A DNA stretch of 64,000 nt from Candidatus Nomurabacteria bacterium (GCA_020632135.1 JACKGC010000001.1:116241-180240), one strand, 5' to 3'. Shown: positions 19,003-29,869, counted from the first letter of the stretch. The notes: generated from the letters alone by a model not told the origin. Numbers and translations: made by a program.

Positions 19003-19813
19003 TAAAGTGAGTGAATATGACCACGAGACCAGCTGCGATCAGAAACGGAGCAAATGGTACCGCGCTTTTCATTGTAAGGGTTTGGCTCGGTAAATGTAAG
19101 CCCGCTTTTCCCCTGCGGAGGTGATACCAGCCAAGGAGCATGAGACTCACCGCCGCTCCGATCCAAAACGACAGCACCACAAACGAAAACACATACACCG
19201 GACCAACCAAAAGCCCCAGCGGAAAGGCCAGCTTCACATCGCCAAAGCCCAGCCACTTCCCCTTGGAGATGTACCACAAGAAGAAAAAGAAGCCTGAGCC
19301 AGCGAGCGCTGCCAAGAGCGTCGCACCTACACGCTCAAGGGAAAAGCTCGGTGCCAGCCACCACTGGTACCCCAACAGCAGCAGCGCAGCGGTGGTAAGC
19401 ACGATCACTAAGCGATCAGGGATGATGTAGTGGTAGAGATCGTACACCAAGATCACCACCAAAACTGAAAAGATAAACCACCAGAGCAAAATGGCCGCAA
19501 GGTCGAGTGTCAGAGTCAGCGTGAGTGCAAACAGGACGCCCGTGGCAAGCTCGACAAGAAAGTACCGTGACGGAATCCGACAACCACAGGTGCGACACCG
19601 ACCCCGCAGTATCATATATGATAAGATTGGGAACAATTCAAACCAACGCAGCGGAGTACCACAGGAAAGGCAGTGTGAGTGCCCAGCCAGTGACTTGCCG
19701 GTGTGAAAGCGGTAAATGTAGACATTGAGAAAACTACCGATGATAACGCCAAACCCAAAGGCAGCGATTGCCCAAAAACTCATTGGCAATAGAAATTGTT
19801 CAAGGGAAAACAT
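18974..19813 (-). CDS. pilD: Prepilin peptidase (A24 family)
   Basis: GSFLNVYIYR, two CxxC pairs (CLSCG, CRTCG) and GFGDVKL. The start is taken at MFSLEQ (19813). Confidence 0.85.
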   Translation of the reverse strand: MFSLEQFLLPMSFWAIAAFGFGVIIGSFLNVYIYRFHTGKSLAGHSHCLSCGTPLRWFELFPILSYMILRGRCRTCGCRIPSRYFLVELATGVLFALTLTLTLDLAAILLWWFIFSVLVVILVYDLYHYIIPDRLVIVLTTAALLLLGYQWWLAPSFSLERVGATLLAALAGSGFFFFLWYISKGKWLGFGDVKLAFPLGLLVGPVYVFSFVVLSFWIGAAVSLMLLGWYHLRRGKAGLHLPSQTLTMKSAVPFAPFLIAAGLVVIFTHFNVLALFSFN

Positions 19814-19886
19814 ACAGTTGTGTCGGCTTGGAAAAGCTTGGCTTATTATACCAGCTCTGTTCGCACTAACTTGAGAGCCAAGCACC

Positions 19887-19913
19887 AAAAAAGGCCGCAA
19901 GGCGGCCTTTTTT
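19887..19913 (-). terminator. Rho-independent terminator after pilA
   Basis: aaaaaaggccgc-aa-ggcggcctttttt. Confidence 0.75.
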
Positions 19914-19930
19914 GAAATGCTATAAACTAA

Positions 19931-20398
19931 CTAGTTACAGGTAGTATCATTGGCAGTTGCTACGTCTGCGATATCGGCGATTGCTACTTCCTGTGCAAAG
20001 CCAGTACTATCAACACACCACATGTCGTTAGCGGTACCTGTTCCAACTAGCGGCACTACAATAAGCCATGCTTGATCAGCATCACGACAAACTGACTGTC
20101 CAGCTGCAACGGCGGCATCATCAGCTTGACGAGTTGATCCAGATGGACCCACTGCTGCTGTGATGAGTTGTGTAATTTGGCCATCGGCACACATACCTGC
20201 GTATGAGAACGAATTCTGGTTGTAGAAGATCTCGGCCTGTGAACGAGCGTTTCCAAGACTCTGCTTGATAGCAGCATCGTTGCCGCTGTCACGTGCATCA
20301 TTGAGTGACGCAAGGACCACCGCAGCGAGAATACCAATAATTGCGATCACTACGAGGAGCTCAATGAGTGTAAAACCTCGTTGAAGTGTCTTTTTCAT
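19931..20398 (-). CDS. pilA: Major type IV pilin
   Basis: MKKTLQRG|FTLIELLVVIAIIGILAAVVLASL. The ATG at 20398 is used. A terminator follows. Confidence 0.85.
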   Translation of the reverse strand: MKKTLQRGFTLIELLVVIAIIGILAAVVLASLNDARDSGNDAAIKQSLGNARSQAEIFYNQNSFSYAGMCADGQITQLITAAVGPSGSTRQADDAAVAAGQSVCRDADQAWLIVVPLVGTGTANDMWCVDSTGFAQEVAIADIADVATANDTTCN

Positions 20399-20653
20399 AA
20401 ACTTTGTACGTTTTAATTCATTAATACTGGGTTCAGGTATCAGCTGCGTACCTGAACGCCAGTGCCTACGTTGTACGTAGCTTTCTTTATTATACGACTT
20501 CAGACTCGCCAATATTGACCAGGTGGGGACAAAGGTATCATGCGAACTCGGAGAAACACCAGCCACATCGGTCCTAGAAAGATCCTTCCCCAAAAATGCT
20601 GCACGTGGTGCGGATGTTGGCAGGACCGGTGTGGCTGGAGGTTCTCTGCTAAG

Positions 20654-20688
20654 AAAACGGGCGGGGCCGAAGGCCCCGCCCGTTTTTT
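20654..20688 (-). terminator. Rho-independent terminator after pilC
   Basis: aaaacgggcggggcc-gaa-ggccccgcccgtttttt. Confidence 0.75.
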
Positions 20689-20696
20689 GATCAGCG

Positions 20697-21914
20697 CTAG
20701 AACGCGCTCGTCAGGTTGTAGATCGGCATCAATACTGAAGCAAGAAGCACACCCACCCCAAGACCAAGGAAGACGATCATGATCGGCTCAATGAGACCAA
20801 TGAGTGTATCCACCGCGTTATTAACTTCACGTTGGTAGAACTTCGATAGCGTCGTCAGAATAGTAGCCAAACTACCGGTCTCTTCTCCCACCTTCGCCAT
20901 CTGTGAGAGCACACCTGGGATCTCCGGATACTCAGCGATCGAATCAGCGAAGGATCGACCGCCCTTCACCTCTACCAGAGCAGCCTCGATGATCTCCCTA
21001 TACACGGTGTTATCAACCACATCAGCGGTCACCTCGAGGGCTTGCACAATGGAGATACCGCTACTAAGCATGGTAGCCATGTTGTCACAGATACGGGTCA
21101 AGAGTAGCTTCTTCTGCAACGTACCCAGGTATGGAATAGAAATGATAAATTCGTCGATCGTGCGTTGTCCCACTTCTGTCTGCTTGAAACGCCAGAGACC
21201 AACACCACCCGCCGCGATGAGAATAAGAATGATGCTGATGTACTCTACCATGAAGTCGGAGAGGCCGATCACGATCTTGGTGTAGATCGGCAGCTCTTGT
21301 CCAGATTCGGTCAAGATCTGTGCGATACTCGGAATCACCAGAGTCAACATCATCGACATCACTATCACGAAGATGCCGACCACGAACGCCGGATAGATGA
21401 GCGCGTTACGTGCCTTTGAGACCACTTCATACTGACGATCGAGATAATCAGCAAGATAATCGAAGGATTTCTCCAAAGAACCGGACTCCTCACCAGAGCG
21501 CACCAAGTTAACATAAAATGATGAAAAGATGTCCGGGTGCGCCGAAAGAGCGCGAGAAATTGAACTACCCGCCTGAAGGTCCTCGACGATCTCGTTCATG
21601 GCAGCCTGAAGCTGTGGGTTTTCAACCTCAGCTGAAAGCAAGCGAAAGATGCGCAGTGGCGACACCTGTGCCTGAAAGAGTGTCGATATCTGACGCGAGA
21701 GGATCACCACCTCTTTATTTGAGACAGACTGAAAGAACGAGAACTCAATGTTGAGAATATCCGAAAGGCTACCACCGCCAGTGGTCTCATCAATCGAGAC
21801 CAATGTGTATCCACGCTTCTGTACGGCAGTAATGGCGGCATCAATACTAGGCGCCTCAACGGTACCTTCTCGTTGGATATTTGCACTGTCGACTGCTTTG
21901 TAATTGAAGAGCAT
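20697..21914 (-). CDS. pilC: Type IV pilus assembly platform protein (GspF family)
   Basis: 405 aa with two GspF repeats and three TM segments. Confidence 0.9.
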   Translation of the reverse strand: MLFNYKAVDSANIQREGTVEAPSIDAAITAVQKRGYTLVSIDETTGGGSLSDILNIEFSFFQSVSNKEVVILSRQISTLFQAQVSPLRIFRLLSAEVENPQLQAAMNEIVEDLQAGSSISRALSAHPDIFSSFYVNLVRSGEESGSLEKSFDYLADYLDRQYEVVSKARNALIYPAFVVGIFVIVMSMMLTLVIPSIAQILTESGQELPIYTKIVIGLSDFMVEYISIILILIAAGGVGLWRFKQTEVGQRTIDEFIISIPYLGTLQKKLLLTRICDNMATMLSSGISIVQALEVTADVVDNTVYREIIEAALVEVKGGRSFADSIAEYPEIPGVLSQMAKVGEETGSLATILTTLSKFYQREVNNAVDTLIGLIEPIMIVFLGLGVGVLLASVLMPIYNLTSAF

Positions 21915-21924
21915 ACGCGATTAC

Positions 21925-22992
21925 TTAAATGATACGTTCCAACCCTTTTGGATTGACCGAGTAGGTGAAAGCATTCTCAACGGTAATGTCGCCGTTTTGT
22001 ACCAACCGAGCCAGCGAACGGTTCATGTCGATCATACCCTGCTCGAGACCGGTCTCGATCACCGACGGGATCTCATGAATTCGATTCTCACGAATCAGGT
22101 TACTCACCGCAGTGTTGTTGATCAAGAGCTCATAGGCTGGTACGAGTCCGCCAGCAATGTGTGGAATAAGGCGTTGCGAGAAAATAGCGATCAAGGAGCT
22201 CGCGAGCTGGATGCGGATCTGATCTTGCTGAGCAGCCGGGAACGAGTCGACGATGCGGTTAATGGTCTGTGCCGCGTCATTGGTATGGAGAGTCGAATAG
22301 ACCAAGTGTCCGGTTTCAGCTGCCGTCACCGCGGCGGCGATAGTCTCCGTGTTACGCATCTCACCGACCAGGATCACATCTACGTCTTGACGCAGCGCGG
22401 CACTTAACGCCACCTCAAAACTCTTCGTGTCGATACCGATCTCGCGCTGGTCGATCAGCGACTTTTCCTCTTCATACACGTACTCGATCGGGTCTTCAAT
22501 GGTCACGATGTGCTCAGAACGTGTCTTGTTGATGACGTTCACCATCGCCGCGAGGGTGGTTGACTTACCTTGTCCAACCGGCCCCACACAAAGGAAGAAG
22601 CCTTGCGACCGTTGCGTGAAGCTTTCCAGGATCGGTGGCAGACTCAGCTCAGAGAAATCACGGATCACGTTTGGAATGAGACGCAACGCAATACCCATCT
22701 TCCCCCGCTGGTAAAAGGCATTACCACGAAAACGCACACCCTCAGCATTCTCAAACGAGAAGTCAATTTCGTTGTAATCGAGATAGCGCGTGTATTGATC
22801 TTCGCGCATGAGCACTTGCGCAAACGCAGCAGCATCAGCGTCAGTAAGGATCGGCTTCTTGATCAGTGGGATAAGCGTACCAGAAACACGGATGAGTGGA
22901 TGTGCGCCAACAGAAAAGTGCAGGTCTGAAGCTTTTTCCTGCAAGATCAGTTCGATGAGCGCATTGAGTTCTCGTTTGTAGTCAACTGCCAT
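21925..22992 (-). CDS. pilT: Twitching-motility retraction ATPase
   Basis: 355 aa. Walker A GPVGQGKST, with Asp/His boxes (ILVGEMRN, TGHLVYSTLHT). Confidence 0.9.
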   Translation of the reverse strand: MAVDYKRELNALIELILQEKASDLHFSVGAHPLIRVSGTLIPLIKKPILTDADAAAFAQVLMREDQYTRYLDYNEIDFSFENAEGVRFRGNAFYQRGKMGIALRLIPNVIRDFSELSLPPILESFTQRSQGFFLCVGPVGQGKSTTLAAMVNVINKTRSEHIVTIEDPIEYVYEEEKSLIDQREIGIDTKSFEVALSAALRQDVDVILVGEMRNTETIAAAVTAAETGHLVYSTLHTNDAAQTINRIVDSFPAAQQDQIRIQLASSLIAIFSQRLIPHIAGGLVPAYELLINNTAVSNLIRENRIHEIPSVIETGLEQGMIDMNRSLARLVQNGDITVENAFTYSVNPKGLERII

Positions 22993-22994
22993 AG

Positions 22995-23372
22995 TTATGA
23001 TTCGTTAGCGAGTGCCTCAACCTTCTTCACCACGTCACTCGGCACTGATTCTGCTTTAATAATGTACCCCACTGCTCCTGCCTCAATTGCTTCCTTGATA
23101 TCTTCTGGCTGACCCTGGTTTGAGAGGACGATGCACTTAGCTTTGCTGTCTGGGAACTGCTCATGAATCGCTCGGATCAGCTCCACTCCGGTCATCCCCG
23201 GCATGATCATGTCGAGTAAGACCACATCAAAATCTGGACTGCGCTCTAGTATGGTGAGCCCGGCTGCTGCGCTATCAGCTACTGACACCTCATAGCCACT
23301 GTCACCAAACTTAATGGCGTACATGTCTCTCAGGAATGCATCATCATCTATCAGAAGCAACTTCATCGTCAT
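22995..23372 (-). CDS. Single-domain response regulator (CheY/PilH-like receiver)
   Basis: 125 aa. LLIDDD, D at VVLLDMIMPGM and KxxV..K are present. It sits between pilB and pilT. Confidence 0.8.
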   Translation of the reverse strand: MTMKLLLIDDDAFLRDMYAIKFGDSGYEVSVADSAAAGLTILERSPDFDVVLLDMIMPGMTGVELIRAIHEQFPDSKAKCIVLSNQGQPEDIKEAIEAGAVGYIIKAESVPSDVVKKVEALANES

Positions 23373-25188
23373 TCATTATAGCCTCTGAGATCTCAATATC
23401 GGTCAGGTTATCGACAGTGTCGTACGTTTCGTAGGAATCCTCAACCCCGGAATCCATGCCGATCTTGGTGCTAAAGACGTTCATTTCCTCATAGGGTATC
23501 TCGTGATTGAGCGCTTTGATGATGGCATCTTCCTGGATCGTGATGAAGCCATGCTTACGTGCGGTGTGGAAGAATTCTTCCTCGGAGGCATTTTTCAAGA
23601 TGAGTTCCTGCAACTCCTCATTGATGGTCAACACCTCAGTGATAGCAGTACGACCACTGTACCCGGTAGCACAGCCCGGTGTCTCTTCTGGATGCAGCAT
23701 CGTGCGATTGGTCGGTATTCGATTATGGTACTTCTTGGGCAAGGACTTAAACGTTTCCTTGATACGGAAATCAGTACTCCTGTCGATCTCTGCTTCGGTG
23801 CCCGTATCAGGACAAAGTGTGCGTGCCAAGCGTTGCGCGATGGCCAACTTCAGTGTTGGAGCGATCAAGTATGGGTCGATACCCATATCAATAAGACGCG
23901 GTATGACGCCAATCGCGTTGTTGGTGTGAATAGTAGAAAGCACCAGGTGACCAGTAAGCGCTGCTTGGATAGCCAACTGTGCTGTTTCCTTATCACGGAT
24001 CTCACCCACCATGATGATGTCCGGGTCTTGACGAAGCGCAGCGCGCAGACCAGTCGCAAACGTGTAGCCGATCTCTGGGCGCATTTGTGACTGACTCACA
24101 CCATCCATGTTGTATTCAACCGGATCTTCAAGCGACATGACGTTCTTAGTAGCAGTATCCATCTCTTGAATCATTGCCCGGAGCGTCGTTGACTTACCTG
24201 AACCGGTTGGACCAGAGATGAGAATGATGCCGTACGGCTCCTGAGTCATGCGGCGGATCGACTCGACATTCGGCCCTGAGATACCACTCCCCTCCAGAGT
24301 CCGCACCCCCTTACTCATGTCGAGAATACGCATCACCACCTTCTCCCCGTGGTTGGTTGGCAGCACTGACACACGGAAGTCGATCTTTCGATCATCAAAG
24401 ATGGCTGAAAATCGACCGTCTTGTGGACGACGTCGCTCATCGAGTCGCATCGAAGAGAGGATCTTCACACGCGCCACCACGGCCATGTGAACATTCTTTG
24501 GCAAGGTCAGGCTCTTGGCGAGCGCACCATCAACTCGAAAGCGGACCCCGACCTCACTGGGAGTTGGTTCAATATGAATATCAGATGCGCTTCCATCAAC
24601 CGCATAGCGCAAGATGGTAGCTACGATCTTGGTTACCGGCGCATCCTCTTCGATGTGTTCCAGCGACTCCTTCGTCTGCCCAGATGATTCCTCAATACTA
24701 GCAGCAATCTCTGCATCAAGTTCAGTCTCAAGTGTTTCAAGCGCATCGCCCACATCACCTTCAAGGTTGGAATAAAACCCAAGTACATGCGCGATATCCT
24801 CATCGAGCATGTACACCAAGCGAAACGGAAGATTATGCTTCGTACTAATGAAATTGAGCGCTTCGCGCATCTGGAGATTATCTGGGTTATTGGCACCCAC
24901 CACCAAGACCTCATCCTCCACCTTCAGCGGGACTATCCGGTAGTGTGAGGCAGAGGCCTCAGAGATGTAGTTAAGTAACTCCTGAGAAACCGTGAACCCC
25001 TCTGGAATAATGAAGGCAGGTACCTGATAGAACTCAGCCATGAAATCCCGAACCTCTGTTTGACTCATTCCAAGCTCAACAAAGACCGACTCGTACGAAC
25101 GGCCGGTCTCACCCATGATGCGCTCCGTTTCTGTTACAAAGGTGTCGTCAACTTTACCACTTTCAAAGAGTGCTTGCAGTGGATTCAT
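23344..25188 (-). CDS. pilB: Type IV pilus extension ATPase (GspE family)
   Basis: 614 aa. Walker A GPTGSGKST and TGHLVLSTIHT are present, with an acidic C-terminal tail. Confidence 0.9.
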   Translation of the reverse strand: MNPLQALFESGKVDDTFVTETERIMGETGRSYESVFVELGMSQTEVRDFMAEFYQVPAFIIPEGFTVSQELLNYISEASASHYRIVPLKVEDEVLVVGANNPDNLQMREALNFISTKHNLPFRLVYMLDEDIAHVLGFYSNLEGDVGDALETLETELDAEIAASIEESSGQTKESLEHIEEDAPVTKIVATILRYAVDGSASDIHIEPTPSEVGVRFRVDGALAKSLTLPKNVHMAVVARVKILSSMRLDERRRPQDGRFSAIFDDRKIDFRVSVLPTNHGEKVVMRILDMSKGVRTLEGSGISGPNVESIRRMTQEPYGIILISGPTGSGKSTTLRAMIQEMDTATKNVMSLEDPVEYNMDGVSQSQMRPEIGYTFATGLRAALRQDPDIIMVGEIRDKETAQLAIQAALTGHLVLSTIHTNNAIGVIPRLIDMGIDPYLIAPTLKLAIAQRLARTLCPDTGTEAEIDRSTDFRIKETFKSLPKKYHNRIPTNRTMLHPEETPGCATGYSGRTAITEVLTINEELQELILKNASEEEFFHTARKHGFITIQEDAIIKALNHEIPYEEMNVFSTKIGMDSGVEDSYETYDTVDNLTDIEISEAIMNDDEVASDR

Positions 25189-25193
25189 ACTTG

Positions 25194-25517
25194 CTATTCA
25201 GATGATGCGTTGGTTCGACTGAACCAGAGTTCGCCAAATGGATCAGAACGTCCTACTTGCTGCTCCTGAATTGGGGTCGAATAGCTTTGGAGTGACTGGA
25301 AGCGGGGATCATCAAACAGCGATGTATTCATTTCAATACTCCGCAATGTTGCATTGTACCCAATGAATGTATTTGCATTATCAAGCATTGCCTGCATGGT
25401 CGCATCGTTGGTTGTGAAATCAATGCTGGCGTTGTGCTCATTGTAAAAGTAGTATCCTCCAATCCCAATCACAATGAGACCAAGTACGGTTGCGAGATTT
25501 GTTATTGTTTTTCCCAT
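25194..25517 (-). CDS. Hypothetical single-TM protein in pilus operon
   Basis: 107 aa. The N-terminal TM helix is ITNLATVLGLIVIGIGGYYFY. It is positioned after the pilO-like gene. Confidence 0.4.
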   Translation of the reverse strand: MGKTITNLATVLGLIVIGIGGYYFYNEHNASIDFTTNDATMQAMLDNANTFIGYNATLRSIEMNTSLFDDPRFQSLQSYSTPIQEQQVGRSDPFGELWFSRTNASSE

Positions 25518-25522
25518 AGGTC

Positions 25523-26107
25523 TTAGTAGATGATTTCTTTATCAAGCCCTCGATGCTTATAAGCGTAGGCCACCAGCTCAACGTTTACGTTAAGAAATCC
25601 ACCCTCCATCACGCTGATATCGGTATTATGCACTTCAAGGGGGTAGTTATTCTGTTCAATCAGCTCAAATAGTTTTTTGACCTGATTGTATGTGCCTTCA
25701 ACACTGAGTGAAAAATGATGTGGTGTCGGGAGGCCCGAATTGTCGATACCGGTGCGATTATTGCTGGACCGAGAGCCGCCACTTTCACTGAATTGGACAT
25801 TCTTGTATAAAGCACCTGATTCACGCGTAATGAATAGCAAGTCTCGAGACACCGCAATACTATCGACCGCGTCTGGCATGTACGTGAGCAGGCGCAAACG
25901 ATCGTTCGGCGAAACGTTTTCCATGTCAGTGACCAAGCGGTTCAATAACTGATTGACATCTGCTACCTTTTGACGCTCTTGCTGGAATCGAGCGATGTCA
26001 TCCTGGACTGACTTAATATCATCGAACGCTGGTTGGACATATGTCAGTGCAATACCCACCGCAATGATCATCATGCCAATTTGTGTGAAGAGACCTTTAG
26101 GGATCAT
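25523..26107 (-). CDS. PilO-like pilus assembly protein
   Basis: 194 aa with an N-terminal TM helix, a coiled coil and an alpha/beta domain. The assignment rests on synteny after the pilN-like gene. Confidence 0.55.
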   Translation of the reverse strand: MIPKGLFTQIGMMIIAVGIALTYVQPAFDDIKSVQDDIARFQQERQKVADVNQLLNRLVTDMENVSPNDRLRLLTYMPDAVDSIAVSRDLLFITRESGALYKNVQFSESGGSRSSNNRTGIDNSGLPTPHHFSLSVEGTYNQVKKLFELIEQNNYPLEVHNTDISVMEGGFLNVNVELVAYAYKHRGLDKEIIY

Positions 26108-26859
26108 ATGTCATTTTCATTACTAGCTGCGGCTTCAGTATCCGTGGATTCGTCAGCGGGCAGCTCTGGTGCGGTGATGGTGATCGGAGCTGCTGGTGCT
26201 GCAACCTGGGACGGCCGGTATGGAATGGCCTCTACCGGGATGTACAGTGACGCCTTGAAGGAAACCAGCGGGCTGTCACCCTCAGCAACTGCTGGCACGT
26301 TTGGACCTACTGCCTCGGCATCAGCCGCAGCGAGTACATCAGCAATATCAATACCTTCAACCACCTGGTTACGCTGATATTCCCCTCGCTGGAAGATAGT
26401 AGAATCAAATGAGTCAGTTAGAATGGCAGCATCAAGGATGTAGTTCTGGTCACCGATGCGCTGCATTGCGAGTTGCTCGATCTGGACTGAACCGATCGTC
26501 GCGGCCTCAAGCGCACGAAAGACAGAGGTCATCGATACACTTTTATCGACCCGTCCAGAAGCCTGCTGCAGACGACCGTCAAAATCAAGGACCTGTTGCA
26601 TGTCTGCTTCACTAAAGATCTGGATTTCTGTGTTGAGATTGGCGATCTCTTCTGCAAGCTGCTTTTGTACCACTCCTTCATATATATAGACTCCTGCCGA
26701 TGCCAGCAACGCTGCAAAGATGAGCACGTAGCTAACGATAGTAAATGCGTAGACCTTACGAGGGCTACTTTTCCGGCGGAGCTTTGCAGGACCGCGTTTT
26801 GGAATGAACGAACTATTTAAAGAAGGATCTGCCATATGCATCATTATACGCTCCAGCAA
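26104..26859 (-). CDS. PilN-like pilus assembly protein
   Basis: The N-terminus is basic, followed by one TM helix (VYAFTIVSYVLIFAALLASAGVYIY). The assignment rests on synteny after pilM. The start codon is uncertain. Confidence 0.5.
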   Translation of the reverse strand: MLERIMMHMADPSLNSSFIPKRGPAKLRRKSSPRKVYAFTIVSYVLIFAALLASAGVYIYEGVVQKQLAEEIANLNTEIQIFSEADMQQVLDFDGRLQQASGRVDKSVSMTSVFRALEAATIGSVQIEQLAMQRIGDQNYILDAAILTDSFDSTIFQRGEYQRNQVVEGIDIADVLAAADAEAVGPNVPAVAEGDSPLVSFKASLYIPVEAIPYRPSQVAAPAAPITITAPELPADESTDTEAAASNENDI

Positions 26860-26888
26860 CCAGAAAAAATCTAGAGACTGTGGAAATA

Positions 26889-27977
26889 CTATTCAAACGA
26901 TCGCATCGCTGCACCAAGAGCAACAGTAAATGACGGACCGATCTGCTTCATGGTGTCTTGCATGAAGGCTGGATAGGCCACTTTGGAGAATGGATGAGCC
27001 ATAATGACTTCACGATCGAGCGCGTCCTTGAGATGGGCATCAATGCCTGGGAATAGCGCTCCTCCACCCGTCAGGAAGACCGTGTCGAATTTTACCTCAG
27101 CACGCTGCTCGTACTCGCGCAGCACCTGATTGAACTCGCGAAATGCACGGTCGTAGCTGCCATGATGCACGCGTTTGATATCACCGAAGTTGGCTGCACT
27201 TTTATCAGCCGCAAATTTCATTTGTTCCGCAGTCTCAAAATCTACATTCAGTTTATTGGCAATCTCCTTAGTTGCAATCGCACCACCCGCGCGGATACGA
27301 TACATCCGCATCAAAAGTCCTTTCTGGGCCAGATACAGTTTCGCTGATGTTGCACCAAGGTCGATGATCGCTAAATCTGGCTCCTCGCTATCATACAGCC
27401 CACGGATCGCACTGAAGCACTCGATCTCGGTCGGGGTTTGTTTGATGCCGATGAACTGCATAAGCACCTTAAAGCGCTCCAAGGCTGCATTTTGGATCGC
27501 AGCGATCAGCACATCGTGACGGTTACTGTTCTTTTTGGCGTCTTTCTTGCCGAATTCGACTTCCGCCCAGTCGAGCGTTACTTCACTCAAAGATGCGGGG
27601 ATGACCTTGCGCGCTTCAACCCGCACCATTGCTGCTAGATCGCTATCGGGATCGGTCTCAATGTTGACATTGGTAACAAAACTCGACGAAAGTGGCATTG
27701 CAAATACCGCGCTGCGGGCTTTCACTGCAGATTCCCGAATAACATCAACCAGCGCCTCTTGTTCCTGCTTGGCTTCAAGGGTGGCTGACTGGCCAACCTC
27801 CTTACCCACATAAGGACCCAACTGCACCTCTCCGTACGTTGTGAGCGTAATGACATCATTGCGCTCTTGCAGCTCAACCACCTTAATAGACGAGGAGCCA
27901 ATGTCGATGCCCACCACTCCACTGGCAGCGCTATCGCCCGCCTGCAGGGATGAGAAGATATTGCCAATGAGACTCAT
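26889..27977 (-). CDS. pilM: Type IV pilus assembly ATPase-fold protein PilM
   Basis: 362 aa with an actin-like fold (GIDIGSSSIKVVEL, IIDLGATSAKL). Confidence 0.85.
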   Translation of the reverse strand: MSLIGNIFSSLQAGDSAASGVVGIDIGSSSIKVVELQERNDVITLTTYGEVQLGPYVGKEVGQSATLEAKQEQEALVDVIRESAVKARSAVFAMPLSSSFVTNVNIETDPDSDLAAMVRVEARKVIPASLSEVTLDWAEVEFGKKDAKKNSNRHDVLIAAIQNAALERFKVLMQFIGIKQTPTEIECFSAIRGLYDSEEPDLAIIDLGATSAKLYLAQKGLLMRMYRIRAGGAIATKEIANKLNVDFETAEQMKFAADKSAANFGDIKRVHHGSYDRAFREFNQVLREYEQRAEVKFDTVFLTGGGALFPGIDAHLKDALDREVIMAHPFSKVAYPAFMQDTMKQIGPSFTVALGAAMRSFE

Positions 27978-28021
27978 GTTGCACTTATTCTAGCACGAAG
28001 AATTTCGTATACTATTTACAT

Positions 28022-28630
28022 ATGCATCAGTTACTCACAGCCCTCATTAATGCACTGTTCCCACCCACCCCTGAGCACAGACTCGTACTTGAGACCAAAC
28101 CAGCAGCGATGCGAGCGCTGTACCACCCAGGTCGACTTCAGAATATTGAGTTCATCAGCCGGTATACTGAGCCAGTGATCCGAGCTGCGATCACGGAGAA
28201 TAAGTTCCATCGACGGGCTGAAGCGAGTGCGCTTCTTAGTGTTCTGCTTGAGCAGTGGCTAGAGAACAAAACCGAGAAGCTAGTCTTTATACCAATACCA
28301 TTGGGAGTAAACCGCATGCGTGAGCGTGGCTACAATCAGGTAGAACGTATTCTTAATGCGGCCCACAGCCGACCACACACCCTTCGCAATCAACTCACCA
28401 GACCACGCGAGACTGAACCGCAAACGGAACTTAACCGAACCGCTCGATTGCAAAATATGCACGGAGCGTTTGTGTGGACTGGCACCACCGCAGAGCTCGC
28501 TGACTATGACACGGTAGTGCTACTTGATGACGTTGTGACAACTGGCGCGACCATGGAGGCGGCGCGAGCTGCACTCGCGCCGCACCTCCCTCCCACCACC
28601 AAACTACGCTGTCTCGCAATCGCACATTAG
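28022..28630 (+). CDS. comF: ComF-family phosphoribosyltransferase
   Basis: The PRTase motif VVLLDDVVTTGATM lies in the C-terminal part of a 202-aa protein. Confidence 0.7.
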   Translation: MHQLLTALINALFPPTPEHRLVLETKPAAMRALYHPGRLQNIEFISRYTEPVIRAAITENKFHRRAEASALLSVLLEQWLENKTEKLVFIPIPLGVNRMRERGYNQVERILNAAHSRPHTLRNQLTRPRETEPQTELNRTARLQNMHGAFVWTGTTAELADYDTVVLLDDVVTTGATMEAARAALAPHLPPTTKLRCLAIAH

Positions 28631-28682
28631 AAAAAGGGCGAATGCGCTACGCACATTCGCCCTTGCTCAAATAACAACGCTC

Positions 28683-29399
28683 TCACACCGCCATTTCCAC
28701 CCGATTGCGGCCCTGCGCCTTAGCGCGGTAGAGCGCTTCATCGGCCCGCTCAATCAGTACACCACCGTCCAAACGATACTCGGTACACGCAATGCCGATA
28801 CTGGCTGTCACCATCAGTTCGGTGACACTAAACGTCAGTGCAGATATCTCACGCCGGATCTTTTCTGCCACCGCCTGAGACTCCTCTCGCGACGTGTTTG
28901 GGAGCGCGAGGATGATCTCCTCACCACCCCACCGACACACGAGGTCACTATCACGCTGTCCGGCTTGGATCGCCTGGGCGACCGCTTGCAGCACTTCGTC
29001 ACCAACCGAATGACCATGAGAGTCGTTGATCGACTTGAACTTATCCAGGTCGATCAACAAGACCGTTAAAGCATAGAAGACGCCTTCGCGGCGTCGCTCA
29101 CTGGTTGTCGAATCAAATCGCAGCAAGTTGATCATCCGCTCAAATGCACGTGAAAACGCACGCCGATTGAGTAAGCCGGTCAGTGCGTCGGTGTTCGCCT
29201 GCTCTTTGAGTACGGCGATCTCGTCGTCCTGCTTGTTAATGACCTCGATCAGCTCTTGCTTCTGCGACACAGCTTCATTCAGAGACTGTCTGAGTGCCGC
29301 GTTTTTTCTTGTAGCCACTCCGTTGGTGTGCCACAACATAAACATGAGTAGCACAATAATAAGAAACAGCCAAAAAATCATTAGAGCTTCATCGCTCAT
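28683..29399 (-). CDS. Membrane-anchored diguanylate cyclase (GGDEF)
   Basis: It has an N-terminal TM helix and a coiled coil. DALTGLLNRRAF and the active site RWGGEEIILAL are present. Confidence 0.85.
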   Translation of the reverse strand: MSDEALMIFWLFLIIVLLMFMLWHTNGVATRKNAALRQSLNEAVSQKQELIEVINKQDDEIAVLKEQANTDALTGLLNRRAFSRAFERMINLLRFDSTTSERRREGVFYALTVLLIDLDKFKSINDSHGHSVGDEVLQAVAQAIQAGQRDSDLVCRWGGEEIILALPNTSREESQAVAEKIRREISALTFSVTELMVTASIGIACTEYRLDGGVLIERADEALYRAKAQGRNRVEMAV

Positions 29400-29570
29400 G
29401 AGTCGCCCTCCTTACGCGGGTCAAATATTCTGGGAAGAATTATATATTATTTATAACTGTATGTCAATATCACTACTCAATATCAGCCTTGAGTTACTTG
29501 CTTTTTTATAAAATAATTGTATCATTCTCGACGGAAGATGGTCGATTTTGCACAGTTTAGGAGTAGTATC

Positions 29571-29861
29571 ATGACCACACAACGTTCATCCGAAGAAGAT
29601 TCACAACCCCTGCAGGGACCAGACCCGCTCAAGATCCTGCTTTTGTATGGTGCCGGTATGACCCTATTTGCGGTCGGCGTCGGTCTCACCGTACAAGCCG
29701 GCGCCATCGGCGCACCACTGATCCTCTTGGCTACAGTCGTCCTGACCGCCACAGCGATCTATCCCGAGACCATTTACGCTGGCTACAAAGCCCTGGCGCG
29801 CATGGCCCGTAGAGCCGTCTGTTGGCTCTGGCCCGGCTGCCCAAAACGCACTGCAGCCTAA
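29571..29861 (+). CDS. Small hypothetical membrane protein
   Basis: An AGGAG RBS lies 7 nt upstream of the ATG at 29571. Two TM helices are present. A terminator follows at 29870-29900. Confidence 0.5.
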   Translation: MTTQRSSEEDSQPLQGPDPLKILLLYGAGMTLFAVGVGLTVQAGAIGAPLILLATVVLTATAIYPETIYAGYKALARMARRAVCWLWPGCPKRTAA

Positions 29862-29869
29862 CCCGCCCA